From Candidatus Shapirobacteria bacterium (lineage in GTDB: Bacteria > Patescibacteriota > Microgenomatia > UBA12405): 64,000 bases of DNA. Each line of letters opens with the position of its first letter. The stretch's first letter is position 1. Below, one piece after another: positions 44,710-54,794 of this stretch. The DNA is taken from NCBI GenBank assembly GCA_003542615.1, contig DPKG01000014.1:8521-72520 (forward strand), given 5' to 3'. The notes beneath the pieces were generated by a model, which saw only the letters and a list, made by a program, of their open reading frames with translations, did no database searches and was not told the DNA's origin. The translations under genes were made by a program, and so were the position numbers.

Positions 44710-47569
44710 AGTGAAAATAAATAAAATCAGTTTGTGGATATGGAGTTTGGCAGGAGTGGTAGCGATAGGTTTGTTTTTCCGGTTTTTGAATTATAATAAT
44801 CGCTGGATTTTTAATCAGGATCAGGCCAGAGATGCGATTATTGCCTGGTACGGATTGAGCAATGGAGTATGGCCGGAAATCGGGTCCCCTTCTTCGGCGG
44901 GACCATTTAATTTTGGACCTTGGTATTTTTGGATAATAATGATGATGGAGAAAATAAGTTTTGGTTGGTTATTGGGCCCGTGGGTGGGATTTACGATTTT
45001 GTCGGTAAGTACGGTAATCCCCTATTATCTGATAGGGAGAAAGATTGGAGGGTCGGGATTGGGTTTTATTATGGGGATAATCGCGGCAGTAGCAACGGGA
45101 GGAGTAGAAAATGCACCGGATATGTTAAATACAGTGATTGTTGGATGGTCAACAGCCTGGGGAATGTATTTTTTGGTGAAAATGATTGAGGATAGAATAA
45201 TATTTTGGGGAATTTTGGGGGGATTTTTTATAGGATTGTCGATGAATTTTCATTTTCAGGCGTTGGGGTTGGGGGCGCTTTTGGCAATGGCAATTTTGAT
45301 AAATAATTTTAAATTGGCAGATAAATTTAGGGTAGGGATATTGACAGGGACGGGGTGGTTTTTGAGTTTTGTACCTTTGATAATTTTTGACATAAATAAT
45401 AATTGGGTGTGGATAAAAAGTGTGATTGAGTACTATACGGAGGGGGTGAAAAAATTTTATGTACCAGTACGATGGCTGACGGAGCTGAGAGATTTTTGGC
45501 CGCAGTTGTTTGGAAAAGTAATTGCCGGAGAGGCAAATTTGGGGTATTTAATTTTAATTTTGGGATTGATAGCAGTAATTTTATCCAGGAAAAAATTATT
45601 TAAATTACCAAAGTCGTGGTGGGTAATAGTAATTTCTTTGATGATTTCGGTGTTACTGATGAGGTTTTATAAAGGAGTAAGGTCGAGAGAATATTTGATT
45701 GCATTTCATGGGTATATTATTTTTTTGACAGCTTGGGTGGTGGGAGTGATTTGGGAGTGGAAAAAATTGGCGGGAGGAATGGTATTGGGATTAATTTTGG
45801 TTTGGGCAACGATAAATAATTGGCAAGTAATTTGGAGGGAGCCGAGCCAAGCAAATGAAATGATGGAAATTAAGGCGGAATTGGATAAGAGAATTGAAGG
45901 AGGGGTGGAGATATTTCACTATATGAGTTCGGATATGGTGTCGCTACCAATATTTTATTTGTATTACCGGGAAAATAGGATTGGCGAGGGAGAGGCAGTT
46001 AGTTTTTGTGACGGCAATAAATATGATTGCCCAAGCGGAGAGATAATAAATAGAAATAATTACCGGGTGTATAGGGGCAGAGTTAATGAGGGATGGTATC
46101 GGCTGACTGACAAAAATATTTATGAAAGACTGATGGTGAATTATGGAGAAAAGCAAGCAGGTTCTTTTCAAAAACTGGTGACGATAGTTAATCCGGTAAG
46201 GAGCAGAGAATTGTGGAAGGATAAAAGTCTGGAGCCGATAAAAAATCAATACAAAATAATTTCTGAGCTGGACCTGAAAGCAACTTGGTTGATACAAAAT
46301 GATGTGCTTGATGACGAGGAACTGGTGGAAGAAATAAAAAAATTTGATAACAAACAGGAACTGGGGATATTTTTGGAGGTAAGTGAAAAGCTGGCAAAAA
46401 AGGCCAGAGTTTATTATCCGATAAACCGGCCATGGTATAGCCCGGAGGCAGTGTTTTTGTCGGGATATGAAATATCAGAAAGAAAACTGCTAATTGATAC
46501 GATGATGAAAAATTTTAAAAATGAGTTGGGCTATTACCCTAAATCGGTAGGGGCATGGTGGATAGACAGTTGGAGTCTTTTATATTTGGAAAAAAAATAT
46601 GGAATAAAAACGGCGATGATAGTGACCGATCAAAAGACAACAGATAATTACGGGGTGTGGGGGCAATGGTGGGGAGTCCCCTATTATCCGGATAAAGTGA
46701 ATATATTGGCTCCGGGAGACTTGGAAGTTTTGATATTGCAGTGGGCGTTGAGGGATCCGGTGAAGGCATATGAAGGAGAGGGACCGCGGTTTTCTAATTT
46801 TTCGATGCAGGCCAATGATTATATAAGCCAAGGATTGGATATTTTGTATTTTGAAAAACTGGCAAATATTTATTTTGATGAAAGAAACAAAATCGGCCAA
46901 ATTACGGTGGGACTGGAAACAGGAATTGAAAGTGTAGGATTTTTGGATGAATATAAAAGACAGCTGGAGTGGATCAAAAACGAGGGAGTGGTTGATGTAA
47001 GTATGTCGGAAATGGAGGAAAAATACAAAATGGCTTATGGTGGTAAAAATCCGGATGAAGTAAGAATTGATGATTGGTTGATGACTCCTGATTTTAGGGA
47101 AAATAAAAAACTAGGAGAAAAAACTGAATACATAAAAGGGATGGCGTTTGGGGATTATTTTGAAAAAGATTCCAAAACTTTTTTGAACCGAATTTACAAA
47201 AGTGAAAATCTGGTAAAGGGGTGGCGATTCCCCTATTTATGGTTGGGTATGGCAGGGATGATCGGGTTGGTAATTTTGTTAAAAATTAAAATATTTCCGA
47301 TAGCAGCGGGATGGTTGGGATTGAAAATTATGGAACATTTAAGATATTCGGTGGTGGAGGAAGAAAGAATGTTGGGAATTTTGGTGGATAATTTTAGATT
47401 TATTGGAGTTACGGATAAAATAAGATTTTTAAATGAGGATCTGTCGAATTTGGTGGCTCAAACAATGTTAAAAATTGAAATTAAAGAAATTTATTACTTA
47501 GTCTGGATTTTGGGGATAATACTGGTAAAATTGATTAGTGACGAATACCAAAAGAGAAGAAAAAATTAA
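44696..47569 (+). CDS. GT-C (ArnT/PMT-like) glycosyltransferase fused to a carbohydrate esterase/hydrolase-like barrel
   Basis: DQARD and FGPWYF multi-TM N-terminal half; KATWL, ELGIFLE and GYYPKSVGAWWID C-terminal half. Confidence 0.7.
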   Translation: MLLTEVKINKISLWIWSLAGVVAIGLFFRFLNYNNRWIFNQDQARDAIIAWYGLSNGVWPEIGSPSSAGPFNFGPWYFWIIMMMEKISFGWLLGPWVGFTILSVSTVIPYYLIGRKIGGSGLGFIMGIIAAVATGGVENAPDMLNTVIVGWSTAWGMYFLVKMIEDRIIFWGILGGFFIGLSMNFHFQALGLGALLAMAILINNFKLADKFRVGILTGTGWFLSFVPLIIFDINNNWVWIKSVIEYYTEGVKKFYVPVRWLTELRDFWPQLFGKVIAGEANLGYLILILGLIAVILSRKKLFKLPKSWWVIVISLMISVLLMRFYKGVRSREYLIAFHGYIIFLTAWVVGVIWEWKKLAGGMVLGLILVWATINNWQVIWREPSQANEMMEIKAELDKRIEGGVEIFHYMSSDMVSLPIFYLYYRENRIGEGEAVSFCDGNKYDCPSGEIINRNNYRVYRGRVNEGWYRLTDKNIYERLMVNYGEKQAGSFQKLVTIVNPVRSRELWKDKSLEPIKNQYKIISELDLKATWLIQNDVLDDEELVEEIKKFDNKQELGIFLEVSEKLAKKARVYYPINRPWYSPEAVFLSGYEISERKLLIDTMMKNFKNELGYYPKSVGAWWIDSWSLLYLEKKYGIKTAMIVTDQKTTDNYGVWGQWWGVPYYPDKVNILAPGDLEVLILQWALRDPVKAYEGEGPRFSNFSMQANDYISQGLDILYFEKLANIYFDERNKIGQITVGLETGIESVGFLDEYKRQLEWIKNEGVVDVSMSEMEEKYKMAYGGKNPDEVRIDDWLMTPDFRENKKLGEKTEYIKGMAFGDYFEKDSKTFLNRIYKSENLVKGWRFPYLWLGMAGMIGLVILLKIKIFPIAAGWLGLKIMEHLRYSVVEEERMLGILVDNFRFIGVTDKIRFLNEDLSNLVAQTMLKIEIKEIYYLVWILGIILVKLISDEYQKRRKN

Positions 47570-48071
47570 AAAGGTAATAAGTAAGCGACAGGAAGGAATA
47601 ATTGTTTTTGAAGATATTCATGATTTGCATAATGTGGCGGCGAGTTGCCGATCGGCGGACGGATTTGGTTTTCAAAAAATTTATTTGATATTTGAAAATG
47701 AGAAAAGTTTTAATCCGAAAAAGACGGGAAAAACGAGTTCCGGTTCGGCTAACAAATGGTTGGACTTTAAAATTTTTAAATCGACAAAAGAATGCCTGGA
47801 GGAATTAAAAAAAGATGGTTTTGAGATTTGGGCGACAGTGTTGGACGAAAAGGCAGTCAAAATTTCAAAGGCGGATTTTACAAAAGAGAAAATTGCGGTA
47901 ATGTTTGGTAATGAACATCGGGGTTTGTCAAAAGAAGCGATAAGGGGGACGGATAAAAAAGTTTATATACCAATGAAGGGAATGGTGCAAAGTTTTAACT
48001 TGTCGGTGTCGGCGGCAATAGTTATGTATGAAATAAACAGGCAAAGAGAAGCGGCAAGAGGAGTAAAATAG
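47538..48071 (+). CDS. trmH: SpoU/TrmH family RNA methyltransferase
   Basis: HNVAA..RSADGFG, FGNEHRG and IPM.GMVQSFNLSVSAA motifs. Confidence 0.85.
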   Translation: MTNTKREEKIKKVISKRQEGIIVFEDIHDLHNVAASCRSADGFGFQKIYLIFENEKSFNPKKTGKTSSGSANKWLDFKIFKSTKECLEELKKDGFEIWATVLDEKAVKISKADFTKEKIAVMFGNEHRGLSKEAIRGTDKKVYIPMKGMVQSFNLSVSAAIVMYEINRQREAARGVK

Positions 48072-48076
48072 GATAG

Positions 48077-49870
48077 ATGGCAAAAAAAACAATTAAAGAA
48101 AAATTGAGTTGGAACTTGGATGAGATATTGAAGGCGAAAGATTTTGAGAAATTATATAAAGAGATAGAGAAAGAAATGGGGCAAATTGAGGGGTGGGTAA
48201 AGAAATTAAAGCCAGAAATGAAGGAAGAAACTTTTCGGGGGATTATGGATTTTGAAGAGGAATTGGGTAAAAAGATTACTCGATTAGAATACATGCCATA
48301 CTTATGGGAGCAGGTGGATCAAAAAAATCAGGAGGCAAAAAAATTAAAAGGGAGGGCGGATGATTTGGGGGTGAGACTGGCCCAGAAATCGAGAGTGATA
48401 AGTCATTGGTTGATAGGAAAAGAAATGGAGGGACTAAAAAGACTGGATGATAAAAATGCCAAAAGGTTGTTTGCAACGATTCCGGATTTGGAATACGGAT
48501 TGAATTATGACAGAACGGCGGCCAAATATACCCTAAAAAAAGATGAGGAGGATATTATCAGTCATAAGGACGTCAACGGAGCCAACCAATTGATAAATTT
48601 GAGAGAAATTATTGAAACGGAATTTGAATTTGATTTGAAAATTAAAGGAAAAAAGACAAAAAAAATCAGAACTTTGTCGGAATTGTTGTCGCTGGTACAT
48701 TCGCCAAAAAAGACAGAAAGAAAAGCGGCATACAGAGCGATGTTGTTTAAATATTGGCAAAATATTGATAAGTTTTTTTTGGTATACAGCGCAATAGTTA
48801 AAGACTGGGATTACGAGGCAAAACTGCGGGGATACAAATCCCCTATAACGGTCAGGAATTTTGGGAATCATGTACCGGATGAGGCAGTGGAGACATTATT
48901 GAAAGTTTGTCGAAATAATAGGGAGATTTTTCAGAATTATTTTAAATATAAAGCCAAGAGATTGGGAATGAAAAGATTGGAGAGATGGGATATATATGCC
49001 CCGCTGGAAAAAAAGACAAAAAAAATTAATTTTGAGGAGGCAAAGGAATTGGTGTTGGAGACTTTTGAGAATTTTTTGCCAAAATTTGCTAAGTTAGCGA
49101 AAAGAATTTTTGAAGATCAGCATGTTGATTCGCATCCGAGTTCGGTAAAGCGAAGCGGAGCCTTTTGCGCGACGGTAATGCCGGAAATTAGCCCTTATAT
49201 AATGCTTAATCATGATAATCAAATGAGAGATGTATTTACGATGGCCCATGAATTGGGACACGGGATACATTCTCTTTATGCGGCACATCACAGGATGGGG
49301 AGTCAACACGCCAATTTGCCGCTTTCAGAGACAGCCTCGACATTTGGAGAGATGGTACTGTTTGAAAGAATATTTTCTGCCGAGCAGAATATAGATATAA
49401 AAAGATCGATGCTGTCGGAAAAAATGGCGGATTCTTTTGCGTCCATTCTCCGGCAAAATTATTTTGTAATTTTTGAAAAGAGAGCCCATGAAGCAATCCA
49501 AAAAGGGATTACGGCAGAGGAGTTGTCGGAAATGTGGCTTTCGACTTTGAAGGAACAGTTTGGAAATAGTGTAAAGATAGACAAAATTTTTAAATATGAA
49601 TGGTGTGTAATACCGCATATTGTCAACTCCCCTTTTTATTGTTATGCCTATAATTTTGGAGAATTGTTGTCTTTTGCTTTGTTTGCCAGATATAAAAAAG
49701 AAGGAAAAAGTTTTATTGCTAAAATTGAGAAAATATTGGCGGCGGGAGGAAGCGAGGATCCGGATAAGATTTTGAAAAAGGTGGGAGTGGATATGAGATC
49801 GGAGAAATTTTGGCAAGGAAGTTTTGAAATAATCAAGGAATGGCAAAAAGAGTTGGAGAATTTGGGATAA
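48077..49870 (+). CDS. pepF: Oligoendopeptidase F (M3B)
   Basis: KRSGAFC, HELGH, ETASTF.E and PFYCYAY motifs. Confidence 0.92.
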   Translation: MAKKTIKEKLSWNLDEILKAKDFEKLYKEIEKEMGQIEGWVKKLKPEMKEETFRGIMDFEEELGKKITRLEYMPYLWEQVDQKNQEAKKLKGRADDLGVRLAQKSRVISHWLIGKEMEGLKRLDDKNAKRLFATIPDLEYGLNYDRTAAKYTLKKDEEDIISHKDVNGANQLINLREIIETEFEFDLKIKGKKTKKIRTLSELLSLVHSPKKTERKAAYRAMLFKYWQNIDKFFLVYSAIVKDWDYEAKLRGYKSPITVRNFGNHVPDEAVETLLKVCRNNREIFQNYFKYKAKRLGMKRLERWDIYAPLEKKTKKINFEEAKELVLETFENFLPKFAKLAKRIFEDQHVDSHPSSVKRSGAFCATVMPEISPYIMLNHDNQMRDVFTMAHELGHGIHSLYAAHHRMGSQHANLPLSETASTFGEMVLFERIFSAEQNIDIKRSMLSEKMADSFASILRQNYFVIFEKRAHEAIQKGITAEELSEMWLSTLKEQFGNSVKIDKIFKYEWCVIPHIVNSPFYCYAYNFGELLSFALFARYKKEGKSFIAKIEKILAAGGSEDPDKILKKVGVDMRSEKFWQGSFEIIKEWQKELENLG

Positions 49871-49890
49871 ATATTTTGGTAAGATATGTT

Positions 49891-51687
49891 ATGAAAAGAA
49901 TATTGGTGATGTTGGTAGCGATGGTATTTTTGGCAACGGCAAAAAATGTAAACGGGCAGAGCAGTACATATGTGATTGAGAGTTTTGAGAGCAGAATTGT
50001 TTTGAACCAGGATACGAGTCTATCGGTTGAAGAAAAAATTGAGGTAAATTTTTTGGTGGAATCACATGGAATTATTCGGGTAATCCCCTATTCTTATGTG
50101 GCAAAAGGGAAGACTTTGAACACGGAAGTGAAAATTTTGGGAGTAAAGGATGAGAATGGTAATCCGATAACTTATACGACGCAAAATTTTAAACAAAGCA
50201 AAAAAATAAAAATCGGTGATGCTGATAAAACAATCAGAGGCGAAAAAAAATATGTAATTAAATATGAGGTAAGAGATGCGGTAATGGATTATGATCAGGG
50301 GCCGGAAATTTATTGGAATGTGGCGGGGGCGGAGTGGGATGCAGCTATAGAAAAGACATCGGCAGAAGTGATTTCAGAGTGGGCGGAGATTGTAAAAATA
50401 GATTGTTTTAGCGGAATTGTAGGGACAAGTGAAAAGGATTGTAATATGAGTCAGGAAAAAACTCAGGCTACGTTTTTGGCAAATAATAGTTTAGGCCAAG
50501 GGAGGGATTTGACGGTAGTAGTGGGATTAGATAAGACAAATAAACTGGTATTTCCAAGCTCGACCGAGCGAATAGTAAAAACTATCTGGGATAATTGGGG
50601 TTATTTATTGGCAATAATGCCACTGCTGTTCATGATTTGGGCGTGGTTACGTTGGGGACGGGATAAAAGATTTAAGAGTGCTAATGTATTTTATAAACCC
50701 GAGGGAAAATCGGAAAGAAAGGTAGGATTGTTTGAAAGACCTCATTTGCCGATGGTGTATGGTCCAATAAATGGTTTAAGTCCGGTGGAGGTGGGAGTGA
50801 TGGTAGATGAAAAACTAGATATTGAGGATGTGGTGGCGGAAATTGTGGAGATGGCAAGGCTTGGATATTTCAAAATTGAGAAAATTGAAAAGAAGGGATT
50901 TTTGGGGATAAAAAGTACGGATTATGAGCTGATCAGGTCAGAGAAAGGGTTGGGGGAATTAAGAGATTATCAAAAATTCTTGGTGGAGAAATTGTTTGGG
51001 GAGAAAAAGGAAGTGAAAATTTCGGAGTTGAAAAATAAATTTTATAAACATTTGGCAGATTTGAGAAGTAAAATTTTGGATTATTTAACGATAACGCAAA
51101 AAGCGCTGACGGGAAATATTGATAAGGTCAGGGGGAAGTGGGTAGGAATTGGATTGATGGCGGGAGGATTGGCAGCGGTGGGGTTGGTGGCTAGCGGGAC
51201 GACAGAGTTTAATCCCGGCCCGTTGATATTGTTGGGAGTATTGAGTGTGCCGGTGTTGATTTTGGCTTATTACATGCCGGCTAAGACGGCCTGGGGATAT
51301 AGTTTACATAGACAGGCGGTAGGGTTGAGATGGTATTTGAAAAAAGGAAAGTGGCGGGAAGAAATTATGGAAAAGAATTTGTTTTTGGAGGAAATGCTGC
51401 CATTGGCAATTTCTTTGGGGGTGGTAGATAAATTGGCTAAAGATATGGCAGATATTGGTGTAGAACCGCCGAAATATTTTGGAAACACTACGGGTAGCGT
51501 ATTTGCCCATGATTTGGGCTTGTTTTCGAGTTCAATGAAATCGGGAATTATTAGCGCGCCTTCGGGACAGTCGAGATCGGGAGGGTGGAGTTATACGGGG
51601 AGATCGAGTTGGTCGGGAGGGTCGGGATTTTCAGGAGGAGGGAGTAGCGGCGGAGGTTTTGGAGGCGGGGGCGGAGGAAGCTGGTAA
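49891..51687 (+). CDS. DUF2207 family membrane protein
   Basis: Signal peptide, HGI.R.IP and YWN..G.EW motifs, Gly/Ser tail GGGFGGGGGGSW. Confidence 0.88.
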   Translation: MKRILVMLVAMVFLATAKNVNGQSSTYVIESFESRIVLNQDTSLSVEEKIEVNFLVESHGIIRVIPYSYVAKGKTLNTEVKILGVKDENGNPITYTTQNFKQSKKIKIGDADKTIRGEKKYVIKYEVRDAVMDYDQGPEIYWNVAGAEWDAAIEKTSAEVISEWAEIVKIDCFSGIVGTSEKDCNMSQEKTQATFLANNSLGQGRDLTVVVGLDKTNKLVFPSSTERIVKTIWDNWGYLLAIMPLLFMIWAWLRWGRDKRFKSANVFYKPEGKSERKVGLFERPHLPMVYGPINGLSPVEVGVMVDEKLDIEDVVAEIVEMARLGYFKIEKIEKKGFLGIKSTDYELIRSEKGLGELRDYQKFLVEKLFGEKKEVKISELKNKFYKHLADLRSKILDYLTITQKALTGNIDKVRGKWVGIGLMAGGLAAVGLVASGTTEFNPGPLILLGVLSVPVLILAYYMPAKTAWGYSLHRQAVGLRWYLKKGKWREEIMEKNLFLEEMLPLAISLGVVDKLAKDMADIGVEPPKYFGNTTGSVFAHDLGLFSSSMKSGIISAPSGQSRSGGWSYTGRSSWSGGSGFSGGGSSGGGFGGGGGGSW

Positions 51688-51753
51688 AAAACATTTTCTG
51701 TTTTCTTACATAATTGTGACTATTCAGAGGCAAAAAATGATATAATATATGGT

Positions 51754-51960
51754 ATGACTAGTATGAGTCCAGAGTTAAAATTGGCATTACGCTATGACAG
51801 GGAAAACCCAGTTGGAGTGGAAGTGGTACACGATGAGGAAGCTAATAAGTCGATTGGATTTATTGGAGTTAGGTCCGATAAAAAGATAAAAGATCAGTCT
51901 GCAGAACTATTTGTAGTAAGGGCTGGAAAGGTTCAAATTAAAGAGATAAGACTTCCCTAG
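51754..51960 (+). CDS. Small hypothetical protein
   Basis: TATAAT 7 nt before the ATG. Confidence 0.55.
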   Translation: MTSMSPELKLALRYDRENPVGVEVVHDEEANKSIGFIGVRSDKKIKDQSAELFVVRAGKVQIKEIRLP

Positions 51961-51963
51961 ATT

Positions 51964-52530
51964 TTATTCCCGGCAACAATCTAGAATTTTACCGATGACA
52001 CCGCTTATTTTGCCCATGAAATCAGATTTTTCGTAGGAGATGGGGGTTTCCAAATCCCTCTCGGCTTCGCCGGAACTCAATCCCTCTAAATCTCCCTTTG
52101 ACAATGGAGACTTGAGCATGCCGAGATTGAGAGCCCAGAAAAGATTGTAAAGATCGTAAGATTTTTTGAAAAAATTGTAAGCCAGTTTGTCGTCGCCTTT
52201 GGTTTGGGCTTTGGTACCGACTTCCATAAGACGCATGGAGGCGGCGAGAAGATGTTTGGAGGTACACCAGACTTCACCTTCGTAATCTTTGATAATCATT
52301 TTTAATAATTCCTTTCTCATTTCCCGGGCTTGGTGGAGGAGACTAAAATATTTAGTCTTTCCGGTTTTGTTGCCGGTAAAAAAGAGGTGTTCTTCGATGG
52401 AAATTAAATTCATGATGGCAATGGAAAGATCTTCGTCACTGGAGAGGTCGAGAAGGTTGCCTTTTTCGGCGGACTTGATTTTGTCCATAAATTTTTGGAG
52501 ATCGATTTCAGGTTTTATTTTTTTGGCCAT
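51964..52530 (-). CDS. Conserved hypothetical protein (WC..KHLL, DCCRE)
   Basis: MNLISIEEH and WCTSKHLL motifs; carries an apparent in-frame insertion. Confidence 0.75.
   Translation of the reverse strand: MAKKIKPEIDLQKFMDKIKSAEKGNLLDLSSDEDLSIAIMNLISIEEHLFFTGNKTGKTKYFSLLHQAREMRKELLKMIIKDYEGEVWCTSKHLLAASMRLMEVGTKAQTKGDDKLAYNFFKKSYDLYNLFWALNLGMLKSPLSKGDLEGLSSGEAERDLETPISYEKSDFMGKISGVIGKILDCCRE
52052..52110. repeat. REP-like palindromic element inside a CDS
   Basis: Hairpins CGGC-TTC-GCCG and TCTCC-N10-GGAGA; AATCCCTCT occurs twice; encodes SPLSKGDLEGLSSGEAERDL. Confidence 0.5.
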
Positions 52531-52532
52531 TT

Positions 52533-53060
52533 TTATAAATTAAAAGAAAATTTAAAAATTAAGGTAATTAATAATACCATACCTACAGGAAAAACTACCT
52601 TGGAATAGGGAAAAAGAGCTTTGTTACCGTTTTTGGTTTTGAAGTAAGAATAAAGATAGTTACCGGCAAACATGGTCAAAAGACCGATGGTTTGGCCTAG
52701 AAATATTTTATCGAAGCCTAATAATTTATTGGTAGAGACACCTAATTGATTGGTAAATTGGAAATAGAGAATGGTGGTGAGGTAAAGAAGAATTGAAAGA
52801 ATCCAGGGATTGGCGAATATTTGTAGAATTTTATTCCGGCGGACACCGGAATTAATTTTTGGGGCAAGGTAAAAGGCAATAGCGGTATTGAGGGCGGAGA
52901 TCCAGATAGAAACTAAAAGATCATCGATACCAAGTCTTTGGGCCAGGAACATTCCCCCACCGACAGTGACGATACAAACGGGACATTGAGCAGCTACGGG
53001 AGCAGTAGAAACAAATAAAAGGAAAGCAGAAATAAGAATAAAAAAGACGACAATAATCAT
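52533..53060 (-). CDS. Membrane protein with CPVC motif
   Basis: QCPVC, LGIDD...S.W and LFPY.KV motifs. Confidence 0.75.
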   Translation of the reverse strand: MIIVVFFILISAFLLFVSTAPVAAQCPVCIVTVGGGMFLAQRLGIDDLLVSIWISALNTAIAFYLAPKINSGVRRNKILQIFANPWILSILLYLTTILYFQFTNQLGVSTNKLLGFDKIFLGQTIGLLTMFAGNYLYSYFKTKNGNKALFPYSKVVFPVGMVLLITLIFKFSFNL

Positions 53061-53085
53061 AAGATATTTTGAACTATTAGTCTAA

Positions 53086-53121
53086 TACTACGAGTGTAGT
53101 AAGGTAAGGGGGGTGTGTCAA
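53086..53121 (-). promoter_or_regulatory. sigma70 promoter with palindromic operator
   Basis: TTGACA-N17-TACACT on the minus strand; TACTAC-GAGT-GTAGTA palindrome over the -10. Confidence 0.6.
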
Positions 53122-53174
53122 GAGTTAGTTTTGATAGATTGACTAATAATTTTGATTGTGGTCAGATAAGGTAA

Positions 53175-53468
53175 TTGAATTATGTAAAAGGAAGGGTGCT
53201 ATCAAAAGAAGCTGAAGAATACAAAGTAACACTTAGCGACTTAAAAAAAAGACAAATTGAATTAGGATTGGAAAAAAAACCACCAATGGAAGTAATACAA
53301 ATCGGAAACGGAATGGGAAGGGAGGGAAAACCTGAGGGGGCATTTTTGCCGGTATATCGAAAAGAAGAATGTGGAGAAAGTGGGGAAAGGATGGCCAAAA
53401 CATTGTTTAACTTGGATTCGTTGTTGGGATTTGTTCCGGAAAGATTTAGTAAAAGAATGAGAAGATAG
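53175..53468 (+). CDS. Hypothetical protein
   Basis: ORF fills the gap; start uncertain. Confidence 0.4.
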   Translation: MNYVKGRVLSKEAEEYKVTLSDLKKRQIELGLEKKPPMEVIQIGNGMGREGKPEGAFLPVYRKEECGESGERMAKTLFNLDSLLGFVPERFSKRMRR

Positions 53469-53479
53469 GTGGAATTTGG

Positions 53480-53998
53480 CTATTTTTGGGGAAATTTGAG
53501 GGTGGAAAGAATTTGACGAAATTGCCTGGACCAGACGGGGTCGTAGTTTGGACCGTGGTGGACGATGATATAAATACAATTTTTTAAGTAAGGGATTTGG
53601 ACACCATCGGCGGTCTCCCCTTCCAGGGAATGGTGATAAAGCAGACCTTTTTGACCATCAACGGGGATACTTTCAATTTTGGAAAGAGAAGAGGAAGAGG
53701 TGAGATCGCCACATTGGCCGTTTATCCGGTAAATTGAATAACTTATGCCGCTAAGGACAATACGTTTTGAATTGGTTTCTTTGACTAAGTAATCGGGAGA
53801 TTTGAAGGTGTCGACCTGATCATTTTCGTAGGGATTGAAGGGGAGAAATTCAAAATCCAGAGGGTATTGAAGGGAAAAGTTTAATTCCGGATTGACGTAG
53901 GTTTGCCAATTTAAAGGGGTCGGTTTGGGGGTGGGGTCATTAAAAATAAGGTAGGTAAAGACAATGATTAGGGCAGAGGCGGCAATAATGAATTTCAC
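53480..53998 (-). CDS. Membrane-anchored PsbP-like domain protein
   Basis: WQTY.N...NFSLQYP...F.QILST.KF pattern. Confidence 0.7.
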   Translation of the reverse strand: MKFIIAASALIIVFTYLIFNDPTPKPTPLNWQTYVNPELNFSLQYPLDFEFLPFNPYENDQVDTFKSPDYLVKETNSKRIVLSGISYSIYRINGQCGDLTSSSSLSKIESIPVDGQKGLLYHHSLEGETADGVQIPYLKNCIYIIVHHGPNYDPVWSRQFRQILSTLKFPQK

Positions 53999-54054
53999 AG
54001 TTAATGATGGCAGAAAGGCAGAAGTTTGGCAATATAAAGGGTGGAGGTGGTGAT

Positions 54055-54753
54055 TTAAAAACCGGGGATTTTGATTTTGATGGTGGGGATTTTGAACATG
54101 ATGAGGGTGGGAGTCGGAGTGGGAGTGGAAGTGGGCATTTTGATGATCAGATTCGGATTAATTTGAAAGACGGAAGGATTGACAAGAGAGGTGGGTTTGG
54201 GGGTGGGAGTCGGAGGGGAGGCGGTGGGATTCTGGGTGGGAGAGGCGGTGTCGTACCAGTCGTGAGGGAGAATGTCGTCTTGAACGGAGTTGGCGGTGAC
54301 CAGGACCGGGATTTTGGCGTGGGAAGGACAGGAATATTGCAGACCGCAGGTGACGAATTCAGTGTAATAGGCTTTTTGATCGTCAAGATAGGAATAAACA
54401 TAGTATTCCCCGGGGTCGAGTTCCATTTGATAGCCGACACCGTTTTTAAATTTTTGGTCTTTAATTTGAGGAGTACAAACGACATTTTGAAGATCGCTAA
54501 TTTTTTGGGCACAGACTCCAAGGCCAGGGGGGATAAATGAAGAAGGGTAAATAAGATAGCCGCTGATGGTACCCTGATCGGAGGCGGAAGTTGGAGATAT
54601 ATTGGAAGGTGTGGGGGTAACTGAGGTAGAGTTGGAGTTGTCTGAAGGAGGTTTTTTGAGTTTGATAGCAATAAGAGTGCCGGCGGAGAGAAAAAGAAAA
54701 GTTATGAGTAGGATCAGGGGAAGGGTGATGCCTTTTTGAAAAAAAGGTTTCAT
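54055..54753 (-). CDS. Surface protein with Pro/Thr linkers
   Basis: QKG.TL pilin-like N-terminus, TM, Cys-containing domain, PT repeats. Confidence 0.7.
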   Translation of the reverse strand: MKPFFQKGITLPLILLITFLFLSAGTLIAIKLKKPPSDNSNSTSVTPTPSNISPTSASDQGTISGYLIYPSSFIPPGLGVCAQKISDLQNVVCTPQIKDQKFKNGVGYQMELDPGEYYVYSYLDDQKAYYTEFVTCGLQYSCPSHAKIPVLVTANSVQDDILPHDWYDTASPTQNPTASPPTPTPKPTSLVNPSVFQINPNLIIKMPTSTPTPTPTLIMFKIPTIKIKIPGF

Positions 54754-54794
54754 TACTGTATTAAATCACTTTTTGAAAAGAAATACCAGGAAAA

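Noticed and set aside
54004-54540. Gly-rich plus-strand ORF and similar shadow ORFs at 19-21 kb and 25-30 kb
   Set aside because: They are antisense shadows of Pro/Thr-rich minus-strand genes.
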